Part shown: positions 58,901 through 64,000 of the stretch, in pieces
How the letters are laid out: the number at the start of each line of letters is the position of its first letter
Position numbering within the stretch: the stretch's first letter is position 1
Virus record (IMG/VR): IMGVR_UViG_3300042305_001773
Span: 141,045-205,044 of that record
Length of the DNA stretch: 64,000 bases
Reading direction: 5' to 3' (one strand)
The notes under the pieces: model-generated
Database searches by the model: none
What the model saw: only the letters and a program-made list of their open reading frames with translations
What the model was told of the DNA's origin: nothing
Translations under genes and position numbers: made by a program

Positions 58901-59157
58901 ATAGCATCGTCAACGTAAACCTTGACGTACGGCAGGTCGACAACCGAGCCGGGCTTACGCTGCGGCCACGGGTAGCACGTGTCGTTGAGACGATCGTACT
59001 GACCGAGAAGCGAATGCTGCTTCTCGTCTGTGTTGCTATAGCGATGAAGGATAGCGTGCGGGCCAGCGATGTGGGCGCGCAGCGGCTCCGTGATCTCCGT
59101 GGGGACGATACGGAACTCTTGGAAAACGAGTACTTGTGGTTTTACGTAGCTCGACAT
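55924..59157 (-). CDS. contractile tail sheath protein
   Basis: MSSYVKPQVLVFQEF start; C-terminal LN.M...G.W.V ... RH.LTTD ... REE..RRN.D ... IEI...L.VPAPLNNIE. Confidence 0.85.
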   Translation of the reverse strand: MSSYVKPQVLVFQEFRIVPTEITEPLRAHIAGPHAILHRYSNTDEKQHSLLGQYDRLNDTCYPWPQRKPGSVVDLPYVKVYVDDAMLQYYTHNMGEGDTTITAVPGKTNWIQSSTLSFKSNGAAYPRSSAFLDRDVQLGDVVQLRTVSADNDCLETVLETYVTGFASDLVPSRILPAVADVNNQDSYTATSPNGVDVTVTQIEGVDNAVAVTVLTADDEGANDYDGLVAGYVEEEYVVEVIKSTIAGCNAARLRVQSASGTDDQAEIQPNDFDDNDGVTFIGTRGLSVRFTTTGVDNFVVGQKWKFDIKQTYEKVKAVSDADGVYQTEESVNGVQGAVDILGKYAGAKNDTYVIECTKGGTWAQLPEITVRTVKGLDFSGPTEVVGDGAGGNAISVAVGTNGVKVRFLGATDQEDNFAVAGLRKGDKWYITVNSSKAGPVRRLILRDDLPTSLLSQDGAPVDKVGPVSITNAGAGYNSAPAVTFSAPTGNLVQNRTATGYAVLGSIQGENDDMVVGVVVTDRGAGYTSAPTVTIAAPGNEVGAGATATCQLISGEDMDLKLFIKDDIQISKNRIGYAPMTNFWYEDTQICVQEGIVAYHPEWTSAGAEQPLPVMSGKVYVEYREWLSELADQVNSISDVADLDNIKGQLDPDNPLKWGVYKALSNSNGTVVKYTAVADPEKYDEEGRSLGNDLDKWVQVLERLKGRDDMYNLVPMTFDRRVQNLWAAHIGAESNEYANNWKAGFFALKAVPTVKVVGEGVNIEGVLGETVNDPVLATLADDPNATNTQYTRLTVTSGNGYFITNDVRPGDIVRYNYSVDGFGEEQYEEYVVDQVISESTLLLYTGGDFAVTVPQRVEIWHNRNRNEIVEDIAQQGGSLSNRRVCAVWPDQVGEAGTIQPGYYLAAALAGLVSGVVPHQPLTNVEVAGFDDFSRSYKYLNETQLNRMAEAGVWIVTEDRDGTPHTRHALTTDNLDLNRREEMIRRNVDSMSYLFYRRLRPYIGRTNAQPGMISVLEYEVKRVINFLSTNGNTQELGSQLISGEIRTLQIHPLLKDRIEIVLDLVVPAPLNNIELHLVV

Positions 59158-59213
59158 ACGTCTCGGCCTCCGTGCCTAAAATTTACGTGTGTGCGGTAGG
59201 GCGTTCAGGTCGT

Positions 59214-59220
59214 AGTATAC
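59214..59220 (-). promoter_or_regulatory. TATACT -10-like site upstream of the sheath gene
   Basis: GTATACT about 56 nt before the ATG; CACGGAGG SD. Confidence 0.45.
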
Positions 59221-59262
59221 ACAACCACGAGCTTGCAAAAAAAACACCCTATTTGAAAATTC

Positions 59263-59979
59263 TTAACAAGACAGTAAATCCGATGCCTTGAAGACAATCC
59301 GCTTTAGGCGCGGCGCATACGGCTGGAGCGACCAAGCTTCCTCGGCTACGTATGCAACAGTCACAGGGACGGCATATCCCTGAGCGACCTCTTGAACTTC
59401 TCCTATGCCGCCTACTTCGGCGACGTAAAAACGAAACAAATCCATCTGCTCACGAATCAGCGGTGAAAAGTTGATTAAAAACTTCAACACCTCAGTCGCG
59501 AGAAATTCAGTTTCTGCGCCAGCGGAACTAAGGCAGTATATCGTATGACTACCTTCCCATACTCCGGCATAACTTACTTCTCCAGTATAAAGGTTAGCGC
59601 CTGCAATGTCACCAATAGTTTGTTTTTGCCAGCGCCAGCCGTTTCGTTTAATTAGTACCGCGGGGCGTTTGTCAGCCGTATTGGGTGACCAGCGTGTAAT
59701 ACTTTCTATCAAAATACCGCCTTTGTTGTCTCCGGCGTCGGACGGGCGCCAAGCGCCTAAAGTTTCAACGTGCCGGCGGATACGCGGTTCTTCAATATTT
59801 TCGGGGTCGGCAAAGTGCCCCATTAACAGCTGCCGCAGTAACCCGGTCATAACGTGCGGCCGCATTCCGTACGAGCACAGCGCGCTAACTTTGTCGACGC
59901 GGTTTTCCGGTTTACTGCCGGCCGGAAACTGCGCGTCAACTTCCGGCGGATTCGGATCGTCGCATGTGCTCACGGTCAC
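59263..59979 (-). CDS. tail terminator / neck protein
   Basis: Position immediately upstream of the sheath; acidic beta-rich fold pattern. Confidence 0.6.
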   Translation of the reverse strand: MTVSTCDDPNPPEVDAQFPAGSKPENRVDKVSALCSYGMRPHVMTGLLRQLLMGHFADPENIEEPRIRRHVETLGAWRPSDAGDNKGGILIESITRWSPNTADKRPAVLIKRNGWRWQKQTIGDIAGANLYTGEVSYAGVWEGSHTIYCLSSAGAETEFLATEVLKFLINFSPLIREQMDLFRFYVAEVGGIGEVQEVAQGYAVPVTVAYVAEEAWSLQPYAPRLKRIVFKASDLLSC

Positions 59980-60088
59980 TGCCCTTTAGTTTTTGGTCAT
60001 AGAACTTGGCGGGTTCAAACAAACTGATTTTTTTGGGTGTTATACGAATTTTATCGAGTTTCGGCTCGGCCGGGTTTTTGTTGGTCAT
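59936..60088 (-). CDS. 50-aa basic ORF missed by the ORF track
   Basis: MTNKNPAEPKLDKIRITPKKISLFEPAKFYDQKLKGSDREHMRRSESAGS; TAATG overlap; fills the gap. Confidence 0.45.
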   Translation of the reverse strand: MTNKNPAEPKLDKIRITPKKISLFEPAKFYDQKLKGSDREHMRRSESAGS

Positions 60089-61401
60089 TAAATATCCCAA
60101 AAGCTTTCTGGATTGCTTTGCGGCGCCGGTGTGTCATCGCACTGTTTAAAATCGCCGTCTGTTGACAGTTTTTTATCGTCTTCAGTTGTTATTAAAAACA
60201 GATCGCCGTTCGTATTCGCGGCGAGTGGCACCGCCGGCACCCACACACAGGGTTGTACCGGGGCTGTAGAGACGACGGTTACAAAATCGACGTTTGGACC
60301 GTACTCGCCAAGCTTTTCGTATACGATAGCATACTCGCCCGGATCTAGCGCGATAGATTGCGCCCACCGCCCGTTAGCTGTTGTTGAAGTTACACCCAGC
60401 GCAAGGTTTTTCGGGGTGTCAAAGCCACTGACGTCAAACACGCTTTTGGCGTAGATATAAATAGCCGCGCCGTGAATCGGGCAACCGTCTTCGGTTTTGT
60501 AAACAAACCGGTCAAGGCTGCCGTAGTTTTGATCTACGGGTACCTCGCCGCAACCCTCGACCGGCAACGTGGGGCCAACACGCTCCGCCGGCTCGCCGCC
60601 GATTTCGATGGCGTACGCGGTGTTACTGAATGGAAGCAGGCCCATCTTGATTTGATATACGATCGGCACATTGCGAATAGCCGCGGCGATCTGAATTGTT
60701 TCAACCAGCCACCGTTCGTCACTGGAGCCGTTGACCCAGATGTCGCTTTTGTTAATAGCCGGAAAGCCGATGACGCGCGCGGTGATATACGGGTTATGGC
60801 GCGTCATGCCCTTAAATTGTGCGTCAACGTCTTCTTGAATTGTCTGTGTCGACAAATCCCAGCATTGCAAAGACAGCGGCGGGTGATAACCAACCTCGAA
60901 GCCTGTACCGTTACAAACAGGGCAGTCTGAATCCAGCACTTCTTGCGTAAGCTGATCGCGGCACCTACGGCAGGGCTTCCCAAACCGAAACGGCTTTAAC
61001 AGGTAGCCCGGCACGGCGACATATTTAAACCGCAGCTGCTCTTTACGGATAATCTCGCGCGCAATCAGCCAGTCTTTCTCGGGTAGGTCGCCGTAGCAGT
61101 TGGCGGCCTGCGAAACGTAAACACTAGTCGGCGTGGTCAGTACGACGCGGTAATGGTCGAGCAGGTCGTAGCCCGCCTCGCGCCACGCCGGGTCAGACGC
61201 CGTGTAGCCGTTTACTACCGGCGGCCCAATGTTTATCCAGTCAGTGGCGTCGCGTAAGCCGGTCTTACCCAGCTGCAGTTGAAAGACGTACGGCCCGGGC
61301 TCGTTAAACGTCCGCTCTAACTGCCACCAAACACGGGTAGTGCCGCGGACCATATGATCCACTGAAACCCGGCGGAACGGAAAGATGCGAGACTGGGGCA
61401 T
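60088..61401 (-). CDS. head closure (stopper)-like neck protein with Zn ribbon and extra domains
   Basis: PCRRC...DCPVCNGTGF..GY motif; position; C-terminal transthyretin-like beta domain. Confidence 0.65.
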   Translation of the reverse strand: MPQSRIFPFRRVSVDHMVRGTTRVWWQLERTFNEPGPYVFQLQLGKTGLRDATDWINIGPPVVNGYTASDPAWREAGYDLLDHYRVVLTTPTSVYVSQAANCYGDLPEKDWLIAREIIRKEQLRFKYVAVPGYLLKPFRFGKPCRRCRDQLTQEVLDSDCPVCNGTGFEVGYHPPLSLQCWDLSTQTIQEDVDAQFKGMTRHNPYITARVIGFPAINKSDIWVNGSSDERWLVETIQIAAAIRNVPIVYQIKMGLLPFSNTAYAIEIGGEPAERVGPTLPVEGCGEVPVDQNYGSLDRFVYKTEDGCPIHGAAIYIYAKSVFDVSGFDTPKNLALGVTSTTANGRWAQSIALDPGEYAIVYEKLGEYGPNVDFVTVVSTAPVQPCVWVPAVPLAANTNGDLFLITTEDDKKLSTDGDFKQCDDTPAPQSNPESFWDI

Positions 61402-61461
61402 TGTTTATTTGAGCCTCCGCGCGGATCGACATAAAGATATCATGTCAAACCGCGCAAACCA

Positions 61462-62454
61462 TCAATAACGGATACGAATCGCGTCTGTGTAGGCCGAATA
61501 CTTGTACGTCGAAGAAACCTCGCCGTAGCCGCCCTCCAGATTGATACTAGCCTTTGTCGCGCGCACCCACTCTCGATACGCCTGCCACCGCGCTTGGCCG
61601 GCACGTTCATAGCTGGCTTCTTTGTTCTGGTCGTTTACCGATAACCCAGCCGCCGAGTAGTCAAACTGATTGCGGCGAAACTGCTCAGCTACCATCATGA
61701 ATAGGTTAGCGCAGATACCCTCTAACCAGTGATACCTGAACGGAAACGACTGTGTGTTGTATACGGCGTCAATCGGAGGCGGCACTTCATTCCAGTACAT
61801 AACCGGCCGCGCAATTGCCAGCGCAATCTCGGCGTCATCAAACATTAAGTTATCAAGCAGAAAACTCTCGCCCGGCGCTGAGTCACGAAGGTGCAGGCGG
61901 ATTTCGGCAATGCTCGGCGGTCCACCCGGCTGGTTTACACTATCAAAAGTACTGCGGGCGATTACCACCGAGAACGTATTAGAGAAGATCACGCACGGTT
62001 GGTTGCTGGTCTGCGCCGGAATACTCACCAGCGCCATCTCGCCGTAATACACGCCGGGCACACTTGTGGCGTTGCTGGACAACGAGACAGAGACTTTGCC
62101 GGTCTCGGGCGCTACGATCGTCGCCTGAACCTCTACGGGCGGGTTTTGATTCCCCAGCGACAGCTGTTCTTTCAGCCGTAAAACCACTTTAAAATCCTGC
62201 GGATCATCGCACGCCGTCAGGCTCACCGGGCGGCCTTCGCGGTCGTGCATTGTCCATTCAATCGTGGCGCATTGGCCCTGCGTGAGCGTAATAGCCCGCA
62301 TGCGCGTCAAGATAGGCTGCCCGTTAACGCTGGAAATCGGCGCGCTAACGATGTTCTGGCCGACGCACGGCACAGGTGTAATAGCTTGACCGTTCGTATT
62401 GCCGTTGCAACACGGCACAATGGGGTGCGCGGCGGGTGTAGCGATAACGACCAT
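61462..62454 (-). CDS. head-tail adaptor-like protein with N-terminal BppU-like domain
   Basis: EIRL.LRD ... F.D.EI..A...P..YWNE.PP pattern; position after the capsid genes. Confidence 0.65.
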   Translation of the reverse strand: MVVIATPAAHPIVPCCNGNTNGQAITPVPCVGQNIVSAPISSVNGQPILTRMRAITLTQGQCATIEWTMHDREGRPVSLTACDDPQDFKVVLRLKEQLSLGNQNPPVEVQATIVAPETGKVSVSLSSNATSVPGVYYGEMALVSIPAQTSNQPCVIFSNTFSVVIARSTFDSVNQPGGPPSIAEIRLHLRDSAPGESFLLDNLMFDDAEIALAIARPVMYWNEVPPPIDAVYNTQSFPFRYHWLEGICANLFMMVAEQFRRNQFDYSAAGLSVNDQNKEASYERAGQARWQAYREWVRATKASINLEGGYGEVSSTYKYSAYTDAIRIRY

Positions 62455-62484
62455 GTAAGCCTCCGTGTTACACCGTAAGTATAC

Positions 62485-62522
62485 AAATAAAAACGGCTGG
62501 CCGCTTACGCAGCCAGCCGTTC
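62485..62522 (-). terminator. intrinsic terminator after the capsid cluster
   Basis: AAACGGCTGGCTGC-GTAA-GCGGCCAGCCGTTT followed by TTATTT. Confidence 0.85.
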
Positions 62523-62546
62523 AGAAGAGCTTGATTAGGTTTACGC

Positions 62547-62870
62547 TCAGCTATCCCAACCTTCTGGGGTTGTGGTGCCCAGAGTGTCTTCGTTGAGGTT
62601 CACCTGATCGACGCTTCCATCGTCCGCGTCGGTGAGGTAAACGGCCGGCGACTTGGTGATTTGAAGCGCGCCGTCTTCCAGCGCCCTCTCAAGCGCCTTG
62701 AACTGCCGCTGACCACCGCGACCGCCCTTGCCTACCGTCGCGACAAGATCGCCGGGGACGGTGTACGTCTCGTTGTTAGCGAGCCGCTTGCCGTGCGCAC
62801 CGAGGAAGCCGAACACGCGGGCGGCGCCCGAAGTGTTCTTAACTGTCGTGTATAAACCGGGAACTGCCAT
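62547..62870 (-). CDS. small head-associated (decoration-like) protein
   Basis: Follows the capsid gene; biased codon usage suggests high expression. Confidence 0.55.
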   Translation of the reverse strand: MAVPGLYTTVKNTSGAARVFGFLGAHGKRLANNETYTVPGDLVATVGKGGRGGQRQFKALERALEDGALQITKSPAVYLTDADDGSVDQVNLNEDTLGTTTPEGWDS

Positions 62871-62889
62871 TGTTATTTACTCCATTTCT

Positions 62890-63279
62890 TCAGGATGCGC
62901 TTTGCAGAGCAGCGGCAGCAGCGGCCTGCAGCGTCAGAACAGCCTGCGCAATCGCAGGTTGCTCCGCCGCCACGTTCGCCACGTCGCCGTAAGCAGCCGC
63001 CTTTTCACCAGTGCCGCCAAGGCCCGCGGCGGCAAGCATCTCGTCCAGCTGCTTGTTAGCAGCCGAGAGCGAGGAAGCTTGCGCGGCCGCGACCTTTTCT
63101 TGCTCCGCCGTGTAGAGCACATGAAGCTTGGAGGCAGCAGCCCACATCTCTGCGGCTTCGCCTTCCGAACGCGGCTGAATGCCGTGCGCGGCAAGCTTCT
63201 CGAAGAAATACGGCGCGGCAAGTTCCGACACAATTGTGGCGTAAGCTTGCTCAGCCGCTTCTTTAACATTATCAGACAT
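62890..63279 (-). CDS. hypothetical Ala-rich protein in the capsid cluster
   Basis: AAGGAG SD; helical. Confidence 0.6.
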   Translation of the reverse strand: MSDNVKEAAEQAYATIVSELAAPYFFEKLAAHGIQPRSEGEAAEMWAAASKLHVLYTAEQEKVAAAQASSLSAANKQLDEMLAAAGLGGTGEKAAAYGDVANVAAEQPAIAQAVLTLQAAAAAALQSAS

Positions 63280-63313
63280 AACGTGCTCCTTTGGGTTTAA
63301 TTCCTACACGGCA

Positions 63314-64000
63314 TCACTTGAAGTTAACGCGAGCCAGACCGTTGGTATGGCCGAAAGAGCCGCCCGAAGTCTGGTAGGCGAAGTACTCAAGCATGTAAGC
63401 TTCACGACGGATGTACATCGTGGTGGGCTCCAGCTCGTAGTTCTTGCCGATGAACTTCGGCGAGGCGAACATGAACAGCGAATCATCGGGGACAAGATCG
63501 CGCTTGATCGTGACGATCCAGCGGCAGTTGAGGAAGTTAGTCTCCGCCCAGCCGTTCTTGATGATGTCCTGCGAGAAATCACCGCCCATCTCGTCGCGGC
63601 CGAACTTGAGGAGTTCCTTGATCGTGATGTTATTCACGAGGCAGGTTTCAACCTCGAAGTGCGACGGCGTCCGCGGCATGACCTTCAGCGCGTCGACAAG
63701 CGTCTCACGCGTGATGCCACCCGAGATCTCCTCGTACTGCACAACGCCGCTGGCGACGTTGGCAACACCCGGAGTCGGGAGCACGGCGTTGAAGGCGGCA
63801 ATAAACTTGCCGTCTTCTTCAGCCAGCATGTCCTTGATCATGTTGTCGCTGAGGACCTGACGGATGTCGATCACGTAGGTACGCAGCTCGTCGACGTCCT
63901 TCACAGCGCGGGGCGACACGATCCGGTCAAACATGACGCGGTAGCGCGGGCCACGGATGTAGAAGTTAATCGGGAGCGTCGCGAACGGAAGCGACACGGC
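63314..64000 (-). CDS. major capsid protein, C-terminal part (5' end outside the window)
   Basis: Open to the window edge; head of the head-neck-sheath-tube gene order; strongly biased codons; HK97-like C-terminal beta pattern. Confidence 0.7.
   Translation of the reverse strand, partial: AVSLPFATLPINFYIRGPRYRVMFDRIVSPRAVKDVDELRTYVIDIRQVLSDNMIKDMLAEEDGKFIAAFNAVLPTPGVANVASGVVQYEEISGGITRETLVDALKVMPRTPSHFEVETCLVNNITIKELLKFGRDEMGGDFSQDIIKNGWAETNFLNCRWIVTIKRDLVPDDSLFMFASPKFIGKNYELEPTTMYIRREAYMLEYFAYQTSGGSFGHTNGLARVNFK

Noticed and set aside
56992-59199. 735-aa plus-strand ORF, plus many other long plus-strand ORFs (e.g. 6449..7315, 4103..4786, 62728..63300)
   Set aside because: Antisense shadows of GC3-biased minus-strand genes; no motifs, no SD, atypical composition

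Overview
This 64-kb window is a fragment of a large tailed (myovirus-like, probably jumbo) bacteriophage genome. It is almost fully coding and mostly on the minus strand. The right two-thirds is a virion morphogenesis region. Read from 64000 downward it holds a partial major capsid gene, head/neck proteins, tail sheath, tube and a VgrG/gp5-like spike. Next come tail assembly chaperones with a likely -1 frameshift, the tape measure and baseplate genes with an embedded sigma-70-type factor. These are followed by five tandem paralogous Cys-rich distal-tail proteins, a fibre with ~12-13 Cys-rich 60-aa repeats plus collagen, and a second collagen protein. The left third is accessory, replication and packaging DNA. 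It includes a GpA-like large terminase on the plus strand, a degenerate primase-helicase-like protein, CsrA, tRNA-Thr(UGU), a pyrimidine-dimer glycosylase-like protein, a GNAT and a dATP/dGTP diphosphohydrolase. It also has two very acidic proteins and a DUF1257/DUF2997/Ycf46-like AAA ATPase/DUF3150-like module of unknown function. Several protein styles suggest a Planctomycetota host (inference). The best candidates for new biology are: (1) two minus-strand promoters with unrelated inverted-repeat arms but identical geometry, framing the -11..+2 melting region; (2) the AAA-ATPase module; (3) the Cys-rich repeat, paralog and collagen fibre apparatus. All family assignments come from motifs I recognised by eye; no searches were run.
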